Assembly: GCA_963799845.1 (NCBI GenBank)
Contig: CAWCYI010000006.1
Location: 1,600,001-1,664,000, forward strand
Length of the DNA stretch: 64,000 nucleotides
DNA from: an uncultured Nitrososphaerota archaeon
GTDB taxonomy: Archaea > Thermoproteota > Nitrososphaeria > Nitrososphaerales > CADDZS01
Direction: 5' to 3'
Position 1 is the first letter of the stretch. Every line of letters begins with the position of its first letter. The notes under the pieces were generated by a model. The model was not told where the DNA came from, ran no database searches, and worked only from the letters and a program-made list of their open reading frames with translations. Shown here in pieces: positions 10,298 to 18,777 of the stretch. Position numbers and translations under genes: made by a program.

Positions 10298-10899
10298 GAA
10301 TTTCCCAGCTGTTGCTGCCGAGCTTTTCTTCAGACTCGCGCAATTCATCCTGCTGAATTCTGTTTATCAACACCGGAAAAATACGATCGTCCTCTTCTTT
10401 TATGTGGGCAGAGACGATTCTGTCAAGTTCCTCGATGCTAGACCAGCGGCTCTCTGCCATTGAATGTGTTGAGTCATGAAGATCCTTAAACGCTGCAGTG
10501 ATCAATTTGTGCTGCCGAAACTCAGCAGCTATAGCTTCGTCTGATAATTTTTCTCCTCCAGAAATCTCAGTAAATACCACCAGCTTGGACTCCTCGTCAT
10601 AAATGTGCTTCTTTACAAAAGCTTCTCAGCTCGATCGCGCGGTTTCTTGCTGTTTCGTAGTCCTGCCAGTCTTTCCTCGAGTCTAGCATGCGCAATATCC
10701 AGAGCTGTCGCTTAATTTCGTTGTGATCGCTTCTTAGGGTAGAAATGAGATTTTTGGCTTCGTACATCTTCTGATTATTTCCAACGATAACTTTCAAGCG
10801 TGAAGTTCGCTGGTCAGGCTGCTTTTGGAGTTGGACGGTTTCTGAACCATTTCTTCGATCGAAGAGATTCATCTGGTATTCAACATGTGTAATAGACAT
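10263..10899 (-). pseudogene. Hemerythrin/HHE-domain protein, frameshifted
   Basis: LRSDHNEI, KHIYDEE (restored by removing one base from the 4-base run at 10617-10620), RQHKLI, HIKEEDDRIFP. Confidence 0.8.
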
Positions 10900-10987
10900 T
10901 ACGTTCTATATACGCCTATGTCGAGTATGGCAAAGCCATAAACATGGGAACTTGGCTCTCCGAATCTCTATCATTCTTGATCAAACT

Positions 10988-11110
10988 TCGATACTGACCG
11001 AATGGGGGAAAGCGACTGTGACCTGGTGGGCGCACAAAATCAAAGGCTTGCACCACAATGACTTCATTATGGTGGCCAAATCGGATCAAGTGCTGCTGAG
11101 CATCAAATGA
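10988..11110 (+). pseudogene. phhB: C-terminal fragment of pterin-4-alpha-carbinolamine dehydratase
   Basis: Manual translation [33 protein letters not shown]; not in the ORF track. Confidence 0.8.
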
Positions 11111-11314
11111 TGTCGCCGCAAAAGAGCGCACTAAACTTAAAGTCATATGCTCGGTGACCACATAACTAATGATCTTGCTCTTTCGTGAAAATTCTCTGAT
11201 GGTTCGGAATCGGAAATGATTCATTTTCTCAAGGATCAGTAGGGCAAAACGTCGAGGCTTTCCGGCGAAGCACAAGCAATAAGACATCTCAAATCAGTTA
11301 GCTTTTGAATCTGA

Positions 11315-11572
11315 GTGAGCACGTTCAAGATAGAAAAGGTCCGAGTCAACGATGAGAATAAGAGAGTAGAGGGAGCAGGTGTGCTCACGTTGGGCCCAAG
11401 AGAACGAGACTGGGTAAGAAGTTGGGCTAAAGCCAAGAAGGCAAACCTCAAGATCAATGGTTCCGAAGTTGAACTCTCTGGTAATATCACGGCAGACGAC
11501 GTCAAGAATCTGAAGTCTTTACTAAAGGATTACAGAAAGAGTTCTAACATCGGGTTCGTTGATAGCATATGA
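11315..11572 (+). CDS. Hypothetical protein
   Basis: 85-aa GTG ORF convergent with the XPB-like gene. Confidence 0.55.
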   Translation: MSTFKIEKVRVNDENKRVEGAGVLTLGPRERDWVRSWAKAKKANLKINGSEVELSGNITADDVKNLKSLLKDYRKSSNIGFVDSI

Positions 11573-11624
11573 AACTAGTTGCTGTAGTCCGTTCACATTC
11601 TATGTTCTCCAGTCATCCATGCAA

Positions 11625-13193
11625 TCAGCGAACGATCTCGAGTCTGAAGCCGCGCTCTGTTATCGCGTAGAACCTCTTTTGGTACTTCTCGAATTCTTCC
11701 TCTGTCGTTAGTATAACATGCTCTGGCTCTATGCCAGTCCCGTGGTGCATCAGCCTCCCAAACCTCTGGGATTCCTGCATCCTGCTCCCGTACAGCGATG
11801 ACACCTCGATCACCCTCTCCAGCTCGGGAACTGAGATCCCTTCATCACCCACCCTCGATACGACCGAGACGTCGGACTGCCTTATGATCTCAAGCCTCTC
11901 GCCCTCCCTCGTGTCTCCGTAGACAAACGGTATCGCAAATTTCTGGGCGATCTTTTGCCCAAAGTCTATCGAGTCGCAGAACACCACGGTCTTCAACGGC
12001 AGTTTCAAAAGCTGCTCAAGCTTTGAGATCTTCTCGCTCTCGTTATTCAACAAATAGAGTTTGAACGAGGGCTGCCTGACAACGCTCAGGTTCAGAAGCT
12101 CGTCCCAGGAGATGCCAATTGGAAATCCGGTCAATGCAAAGATGTAGCTCTCCCTCCGGTCCTCCCTGAACGGGCTTGCCGATAGTCCCAGCCTGTACTT
12201 TGTCTTGAGCGTAGCTAGGCGTACGAACGTGTTTGCAGGAAGGTGGTGAACCTCATCGAATACGACGAGCGTATACTCCCTGCCTCTCAGCTTCTCGTAG
12301 CCCTGATATGTTTGGACTGTTATCTCCTGTTGCGAAGAAGAGGGAATGTACTTTTTGATCCTTTCAAGCCACTGCTCCTTTAGCGTGAGAGTTGGTACAA
12401 CCACGAGCTTCCTTCCCTTGATGCGGGAAAGCGCGAATACTCCGAACAAACTCTTCCCGCTCCCGAAAGGCCAGAATAGACCGCAAGCTCCCTTGCTCAG
12501 GAATTCCTCCCACGCTTTTCTCTGGTAGCTCCTGAGCTCGAGTGGCTCAGCGCCTGATTGATTTTCTTCTTCTCTCAGGTCGGAAGGTTCGACGGGGCGA
12601 GGAATGAATGGAATTATTCCATCCTCTACGAGTCTTGAGATCAGCTTGAACTCGTACCCCTTCCTTATTCTTAATCGGCCATCTCCTTCCTTCGAGTGTA
12701 TGAACTGCCTGTACCTCTGAAATGTGTCTTCCTGGTGCTCCTTGCCTGTCCAAAGCACACCATCGGCAACGATCTTGAGCTGAGGAAGTTCGGTGGGAAA
12801 CTTGAGCTTCTGTCTTAGGGCGTCGGGTATCGGCGAGATCCACTGGACGTAGCGGTTTACAACGAAGATGTTGTAAGATTTTGTTTGTCTCTCGAGCCAT
12901 CCAATTTGAAAGTTGAGCCACCTTGGGGCTATGACGTAGAATTCGTTTTCCTTCTTTGGAATTATCAGGTATGGCTCCTTGAGGAAGTTGTCGAGCTCTT
13001 CCTGCTGTTGTTCCGTAACGGTGGTGTATCTTGTCAGAGCGAGCTCCTCTATTCTCTTTTCGATGGTCGATCTGATCTTTTCCTTTTCAAGCTTGAGCGA
13101 TTCTATTAGAAGGTCTATCTTTGCAAGTGATTCGTCTACTGATCTGCGAATCGAGGAGATGTCTGTGGTAGTAGTAGAGGAGGATGGTTCCAT
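11625..13193 (-). CDS. XPB/Rad25-like SF2 helicase
   Basis: LRSYQ, WPFGSGKS, VVVPT, DEVHH, LGLSASPFRED, GDEGISVP, QRFGRLM; N-terminal coiled coil. Confidence 0.9.
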   Translation of the reverse strand: MEPSSSTTTTDISSIRRSVDESLAKIDLLIESLKLEKEKIRSTIEKRIEELALTRYTTVTEQQQEELDNFLKEPYLIIPKKENEFYVIAPRWLNFQIGWLERQTKSYNIFVVNRYVQWISPIPDALRQKLKFPTELPQLKIVADGVLWTGKEHQEDTFQRYRQFIHSKEGDGRLRIRKGYEFKLISRLVEDGIIPFIPRPVEPSDLREEENQSGAEPLELRSYQRKAWEEFLSKGACGLFWPFGSGKSLFGVFALSRIKGRKLVVVPTLTLKEQWLERIKKYIPSSSQQEITVQTYQGYEKLRGREYTLVVFDEVHHLPANTFVRLATLKTKYRLGLSASPFREDRRESYIFALTGFPIGISWDELLNLSVVRQPSFKLYLLNNESEKISKLEQLLKLPLKTVVFCDSIDFGQKIAQKFAIPFVYGDTREGERLEIIRQSDVSVVSRVGDEGISVPELERVIEVSSLYGSRMQESQRFGRLMHHGTGIEPEHVILTTEEEFEKYQKRFYAITERGFRLEIVR

Positions 13194-13430
13194 TCGATTA
13201 CAGCCACCACCTATGTCTATGTATGAATGCCTAAAAGCTCATTGAGCTTCTGTGTCTTATTTGATGAGTAAATCCTTTTCAACAATTCTCCTCGATGTTG
13301 CTGCAAAAGGTCAATGAAGACAAACAAGCGCTTCAAGCTTTCCGCCCGTGTAAGCAGTTCAAATCCTCAGGCCATCAGGCCTGTTCTTGAAAGCTGTTCA
13401 AGAAGCAGGCAAAGGATGATCGGGTGTTGA

Positions 13431-13516
13431 TGATTGTTTATTCGATTTTTTGGACCGGCTAATGGCGTCTTTCTATTTGTGAGCGGTTAGCTCGATATGA
13501 AGTGGTAGAAGCATAG
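13431..13516 (+). repeat. ~85-bp inverted repeat, copy 1
   Basis: Aligns to the reverse complement of 17351-17433; core 23/27 identical. Confidence 0.8.
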
Positions 13517-13616
13517 TGAGAATTTTTCCGCGAATGCTTCTTATTTTCGATGTATTTGGAGAACGAACAATTTAAAGTGAAACCACAAATAATGGGTCCT
13601 TCGATCATCAGAAAGC

Positions 13617-15020
13617 ATGGCCGAAGGCGACCACTTGAAGCTGATGAACCGGATTGTTGAAGCGATTACTATCTACTACAATTACTTCATTCCGGTTCAT
13701 GAAGACGGAAAGACCGTGGCTGAGTTTATGGGATTCGACCCACCGGTCTGGCTCTCTGCACTCGTGGCAGCAGGCAGAGAAAAGGAATTGCCATTCCGCG
13801 AGACAAAAATGATTATGGAGGATCCCTCTCACTTCAACGGCGTGCTAGTCTCAACTATTGCTCAGGAAATCCTTGGGCAAGGTCCAGATGCAACAACAGC
13901 AAAGAAGAGCAATAGGGCCAAAGTTGTGATGCAGATTATGGAAGAGCTGGACAGGGAGAAGGGGAGGAGGGAAGAGCTGAATAATGCGGAACGCGATGCC
14001 TACGGTCGCCATTACAGGAGCTACACTCGCAGAGAGTCAGAGATAGAGGAAGAAACTGGATTACTTGAAGCAAAAGATTCTGGGGCAGAGGAAACTGTAT
14101 GGGAGGGAGAAGATGACGAAGGGGAATCGCCTACGATCAGGATACCATTCGTTACCCTCTACAGAATCGAGAAGAACAAGAAAAACAGGGTGAGGGTGCT
14201 GCTTCAGAGTTACAAGAATGGCAGCATTACCGTACACTTTTTCGGGGATGAATTTACGATCGAGCTGGATCAGAAGGAAGAGCAGAGGCAAGATGAAACG
14301 ACTACTGCCATCATCACCTTTGCTGCATACTGTCATCCTACAAAGAACAGCAATGTACCTCAGGTCGGAACAAGGCTCGGAGCCATAAACTTGTATCGAG
14401 ATTGCATCGAACTCTCGAGCATAGTGGAGGAGCGGCATAGGGCGTTACGCGACTTTGTCGCCAAGCTCGTCGGAGAGAAGAATCTTCATTTGCTCAGAGA
14501 GATAGAAGATGCGGTCGTAGATCCTGAGACCGGCGAGGCCAAAACGGAGTGGATGATTGTGGAAGAAGAGGCGGATGAGATGGTACGTGACCGAAAGGGA
14601 GAAGAGCTTCTCGCGGATGGGATCGAAGCGTGCATGGCCGCTGGGATAGTAACTACAAACCCAGATGGCAAGGAGAAAGAAGGTAGGCCTGAAATCTCGC
14701 GTAGTTTCATGGAAAAAGTGCTAGAGTCTTACGAGAAGAACCTAGGCAGTGGTTCGAAGTCTGAAGCAATAATGGACGCTATTACCAACACTGTGGTGAG
14801 TTACCTGATGGATTCTGAAGAAGAGGAAGGCACCCGCAACTTGTACTATGAGACGGGCGCTGCTGTTATGTCAATAATTTTCATGATACAGGCACGGGCA
14901 GAAAAAGAGGGCGTAAAACATGTTCTAACAACTTTGAATAGGATGATAAATCAAGAACCGGTATCGGATGGATATTTGGCCGTGTTGGTCAATTACTTTC
15001 AGAAGCTCTCGCACTTCTGA
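13617..15020 (+). CDS. Acidic hypothetical protein, 467 aa
   Basis: Long ORF; N-terminus IYYNYFIPVHEDGKTVAEFMG resembles a transposase C-terminus. Confidence 0.75.
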   Translation: MAEGDHLKLMNRIVEAITIYYNYFIPVHEDGKTVAEFMGFDPPVWLSALVAAGREKELPFRETKMIMEDPSHFNGVLVSTIAQEILGQGPDATTAKKSNRAKVVMQIMEELDREKGRREELNNAERDAYGRHYRSYTRRESEIEEETGLLEAKDSGAEETVWEGEDDEGESPTIRIPFVTLYRIEKNKKNRVRVLLQSYKNGSITVHFFGDEFTIELDQKEEQRQDETTTAIITFAAYCHPTKNSNVPQVGTRLGAINLYRDCIELSSIVEERHRALRDFVAKLVGEKNLHLLREIEDAVVDPETGEAKTEWMIVEEEADEMVRDRKGEELLADGIEACMAAGIVTTNPDGKEKEGRPEISRSFMEKVLESYEKNLGSGSKSEAIMDAITNTVVSYLMDSEEEEGTRNLYYETGAAVMSIIFMIQARAEKEGVKHVLTTLNRMINQEPVSDGYLAVLVNYFQKLSHF

Positions 15021-15052
15021 ACTGTAGTGCAAACATGCCAAGTATGACGCTC

Positions 15053-17332
15053 TCAAAGTGTTTGTATCACTTTCCTGACCTTTACGCACAGAACGTCATT
15101 CGTGTGATACAGTTCGCATAACGCCCTAAACTTGCTTCTCTTTTTGATTAGCTGCCTCGGACCAACGTAATCTGATGCGTGCAGTCTTGCGTGCCACCTC
15201 TGGTCGACCAGCACTACTGCTTGCCCCTGCATCACTTTCTCTATTTCGACTTCCATCAACTTGGAACCTGAAATCTCCTTGGTGGTCGATAGAGTCACAA
15301 CTCGTTGTTGTCCCTTTTTTCCCGTCTTTTGATCTTGCTCGTAATCTCTCGTTCTTCTCCCAATCTTGTCACCCTTGCTATCATCACCACCGCTACTCGA
15401 AAGGTAATTTCTCTTTACAAGCCTGTGAAGAGCGGCCTTTACTACGCTTGCCTGAAATCCTTCATCCCGCTCCAGTAGCTCAGCGTATAGTGTGTCTTCA
15501 TCAAGTCCGACCATTCCAGATTCTAGGATTCTCATGTAGATCGCGCGCTCGGCACGCGACACCATCCTGCCAAAGGCTTTGACCCGCTCGTAAGTGTTTT
15601 CTTCCAGCGTCTCTTCACGTGAACTGATCCCCTGCATACTTGAGCTGAGTTTATCGAGCTGAAGAAGTTCCTCTCGGGTCATGGGATTGAGTGGGGGTCT
15701 CGGTCGCAATCCAAGTACGGGCTTTAGGAACTTCTGGTTGAGCGTCTCAGTAATCTTCCTCATCCTTTCCGTCCTTCGCTCCGAAGCATGCAAGTAGACT
15801 ATGTCGTTTGTATTCCTTGCAGCCAGAATGATGACCCTACCAACAGATCTTCTTCCAGTTCTGCCTCTCCTCTGGATGTACCTGATCTCCGATGGGATTG
15901 GTTCGTAGAATATTACCAGATCAACTTCCGGGATGTCGAGTCCTTCCTCCGCGATGGACGTTGAACAAAGCGTGTTGATGTACCCCTTCCTGAAATCGTC
16001 TATCCGTGACGCCTGCTCATCCTGACTCAAGCCCTTGTCGCGAATCTTGGATGCCTGTCCCACGAACCTTTCCGCTCTAACTCCCTTTACCTTGTTCAGT
16101 TCTTCAACAAGGTGAGTAGTCGTGTCCCTGTACTGGGCGAACACGAGCAACCTGGACTTTGGGTTTGAGCTGATTTGCGTCGAAACTATTTTCTTGAGCT
16201 CTTCGAGCTTTGGGTGCTCGACGTAACACTGACCCCGCTTTTCGTCCAGAAGAGTCCTGAGACTTGCGTACGGTTCCTCGCCTATTATCACTGAGTGTCC
16301 CTTCTTACCCTCGCCGTTCTCCTCAATCCTTTGCATGAAGCATCTAAGGGTGTACGCCCCTTGCGTGTCAAGGAGCTCGATCATGTGGAATAACGTGAGC
16401 GCCTGCGACTGGAGCGAAATCGCGTAATACAGTGGCCCCCTTTCCTCTTCTATGCTCATCTCCGCACGATACCTGAGCTCGGAGCCGAGGTCGATAAGAT
16501 CCATTCGCGATACAAACGCTGAGCTCTTCTTCAGATAGCCGCGCGCTTTGATCGTGCCGATCCTGCGGTCGAGCATTCCTCGGAGTATTCCTCTCACAGG
16601 CTCGTAAGCCAAAGGCAGATCAACTTCCCTGCCCTCGACAGTTATGGGGTTGATGAATGGTTTCACATCAGGATCTTCGTCAGTGCGGTGTTCAACGTGC
16701 TCAATGTGAAGTGAGTTGCACACCATCATTATTTTTCTGATGTCAGAGCCCGGAGATGCTGTCATTCCCAAGATCAGGGGAAACTGGGAACTATTTGCGT
16801 ACGTTTCTGCCACTTCCGTGTAGGCGTATTCTTTTACTGACCGGTGACACTCGTCAAACACGACCAGGCCGAAATCTTTCAAGCTGGAAAGCTTTCCCTC
16901 GCGAAGATCGTTTCTAACAACCTGGGGAGTTGCGAATACTAGCCTCTGTTGCGGAGACGACCACACACCAGCTCTGTAATCTGCAGGCGTCTTACCCGTC
17001 AACAACACAAATTTCTCTTCAGGGAGCCTGATCAAGCTCTGGAAACTTCTCTTGTGCTGCATCACAAGAGGTCTCGTCGGCGCCATGATCAGCACTCGTG
17101 AATCCCTGTAATTCAGGAGAGTATCGACTGCAACAAGGGCTGAAATTACAGTCTTTCCCAGCGAGGTAGGTAAGATTACCAGAGTGTTTTTGTCGAGAGC
17201 GGTCTTTGCTATGTAGGTCTGATACAACCTTTCCTCAACGGTATGAGGATATATGAGAGGGTGGGATACGAATTCTTTCGGATTCTTCTCGATGTGCCCA
17301 AGCTCCTCCTGCTGTGGCTGCTCCGTTGTCAA
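15053..17332 (-). CDS. Hef/FANCM (Mph1)-like SF2 helicase lacking the ERCC4 nuclease domain
   Basis: ERLYQ, LPTSLGKT, DECHR, TASPG, RFVGQ, EEGLDIPEVD, QRRGRTGR; no ERKxxxD motif. Confidence 0.92.
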   Translation of the reverse strand: MTTEQPQQEELGHIEKNPKEFVSHPLIYPHTVEERLYQTYIAKTALDKNTLVILPTSLGKTVISALVAVDTLLNYRDSRVLIMAPTRPLVMQHKRSFQSLIRLPEEKFVLLTGKTPADYRAGVWSSPQQRLVFATPQVVRNDLREGKLSSLKDFGLVVFDECHRSVKEYAYTEVAETYANSSQFPLILGMTASPGSDIRKIMMVCNSLHIEHVEHRTDEDPDVKPFINPITVEGREVDLPLAYEPVRGILRGMLDRRIGTIKARGYLKKSSAFVSRMDLIDLGSELRYRAEMSIEEERGPLYYAISLQSQALTLFHMIELLDTQGAYTLRCFMQRIEENGEGKKGHSVIIGEEPYASLRTLLDEKRGQCYVEHPKLEELKKIVSTQISSNPKSRLLVFAQYRDTTTHLVEELNKVKGVRAERFVGQASKIRDKGLSQDEQASRIDDFRKGYINTLCSTSIAEEGLDIPEVDLVIFYEPIPSEIRYIQRRGRTGRRSVGRVIILAARNTNDIVYLHASERRTERMRKITETLNQKFLKPVLGLRPRPPLNPMTREELLQLDKLSSSMQGISSREETLEENTYERVKAFGRMVSRAERAIYMRILESGMVGLDEDTLYAELLERDEGFQASVVKAALHRLVKRNYLSSSGGDDSKGDKIGRRTRDYEQDQKTGKKGQQRVVTLSTTKEISGSKLMEVEIEKVMQGQAVVLVDQRWHARLHASDYVGPRQLIKKRSKFRALCELYHTNDVLCVKVRKVIQTL

Positions 17333-17350
17333 AGCATGGGCACCGCGTAT

Positions 17351-17433
17351 CTATCCGTCGACAACTTCGTATCTGCCCAACCGCTCACAATTTGAAAGGC
17401 GCCCACTAGTACCAAAAATCTAACAAGCAATCA
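17351..17433 (-). repeat. ~85-bp inverted repeat, copy 2
   Basis: Fills most of the spacer between the 124-aa gene and the Hef-like gene. Confidence 0.8.
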
Positions 17434-17434
17434 A

Positions 17435-17809
17435 TCAGATTTCTAACACGTCTTCGCCTTGCTTTGCTCCCGTAGATCTCGAGGCAGTTTTCGGGTTTAC
17501 GCTATCCACTCCCTGAAGTAGCGGAGTAAGCTTGTCAAACTGGAAGAGTTCTCTAAATTCTTCGAGCTCCTCCTTGGACCTCAGGACTAACCCTCTCTTC
17601 TTCGTTGCTGCACCCGAACCGTCAACGGGATTCAGTTCTACCGCGAGTCTGGTCGGGATGCTCTTGTACGCGGGCATCTTTAGGACAAACACGCCTGGCA
17701 CGGAAGTCTTGAACCTACCCCAATCGGGGCCAGTCTTCAGGAATGAGGCCAGTTTTTCTTCAAATGATGATGAGGACGACAATTTGCTTTTTCGATCACT
17801 CGCACACAA
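17435..17809 (-). CDS. Hypothetical protein, 124 aa, co-oriented with the helicases
   Basis: GPDWGRFKTSVPGVFVLKMP...VELNPVD...TKKRGLVLRS; recalled as a conserved archaeal family, not verified. Confidence 0.8.
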   Translation of the reverse strand: MCASDRKSKLSSSSSFEEKLASFLKTGPDWGRFKTSVPGVFVLKMPAYKSIPTRLAVELNPVDGSGAATKKRGLVLRSKEELEEFRELFQFDKLTPLLQGVDSVNPKTASRSTGAKQGEDVLEI

Positions 17810-17869
17810 TTTGGCTTTTCACTCTGGTTTGTTAATAAATATTCAAGTGCTAGATCTTCGCCGAGTACT

Positions 17870-18203
17870 CAACGCTCTTGGGGTTGAACAGCGTTTTTTG
17901 AACAAAGATATTACAAAGGTTCTTGTTGTCTTTCCAGAAGCGTGGAGTCGCTCTAAGAGACAGTATGTCAGGCTCACTTCCAAGCCTACTGCAGACAACA
18001 AATCAACCAGTACAGACTGGTTAGGGCACAAATATGATTTTTCACATAACCGCAACAAGGCGAAGATAGAGTACGGTGAGGACGACGTTAGAAAACTTGA
18101 GACTGCTGCTGATTCCTCGATTCTCCGAGTCAGGAGTGATCGAGGCGAATACAAATTTGAGAAGACAAATGGAAAGTGGGTTCAAATGGTTGAAGAAATC
18201 TGA
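17870..18203 (+). CDS. Hypothetical protein or fragment; start uncertain
   Basis: 3' half of ORF 17532-18203 looks protein-like; the 5' half is antisense to another gene. Confidence 0.4.
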
Positions 18204-18305
18204 ATGATGACTTTCGATCCGGCCAAGTGATTGTTGCCAGATGATGAAAGAGCTGCGAAATCGACGGATCAGCCTCTCCGTCTTAGCGATGTATCCACCA
18301 GCTAA

Positions 18306-18527
18306 CTAAACTGTGATGGTGAATCCCACCCTTATCGCGCAATCGATGTGGTAGTATCGCGCCCCCACCTTCGATCCCTTGCTCATTGCGTACTTTGTTT
18401 CAATGGAACGATCGCAGTACTTGCACTTCGGTCGATTTTCCCTGCCGCGTTTTCGCACCCGGAGGTCGACTATTTTTATGCTCCTGGTTGGGCTCACAAG
18501 CACTGGCTTTCTTTCCTCATTCATCAC
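18306..18527 (-). CDS. Small zinc-finger protein
   Basis: CKYC...YYHIDCA. Confidence 0.65.
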   Translation of the reverse strand: MMNEERKPVLVSPTRSIKIVDLRVRKRGRENRPKCKYCDRSIETKYAMSKGSKVGARYYHIDCAIRVGFTITV

Positions 18528-18662
18528 TGGATTCCTTCTGGAAGTTCTGCTGCGCGATAAAAACTCTACCGATGAATTAAGGATCGCTTGATTGTGTAAC
18601 TATACTCTCATTTCACTCGGACTGATTCAAGTGTGTGCAACTGAGATACAATATTTCTCGTC

Positions 18663-18693
18663 TATGTAAGGGGGATTATTTCCGACTTACATA
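18663..18693. promoter_or_regulatory. Inverted repeat TATGTAAG-N15-CTTACATA upstream of the beta-propeller gene
   Basis: Perfect 8-bp arms plus inner GGA/TCC. Confidence 0.35.
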
Positions 18694-18777
18694 CAATCTT
18701 TTTGAAATCCGTCGATATTGAGACAAGCGAGATCATCGTAATTAGCCAAACTTGAAATAGAAAAACATCAAAATTTA

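Noticed and set aside
10916-11287. 123-aa minus-strand ORF
   Set aside because: It is antisense to the PhhB fragment on the plus strand
13345-13375. GTTCAAATCC tRNA T-loop-like sequence
   Set aside because: No pairing T-stem or acceptor stem
17381-17392. AATTGTGAGCGG (minus strand), identical to a lac operator half-site
   Set aside because: Only 12 bp, embedded in a native repeat, with no vector context; treated as coincidence
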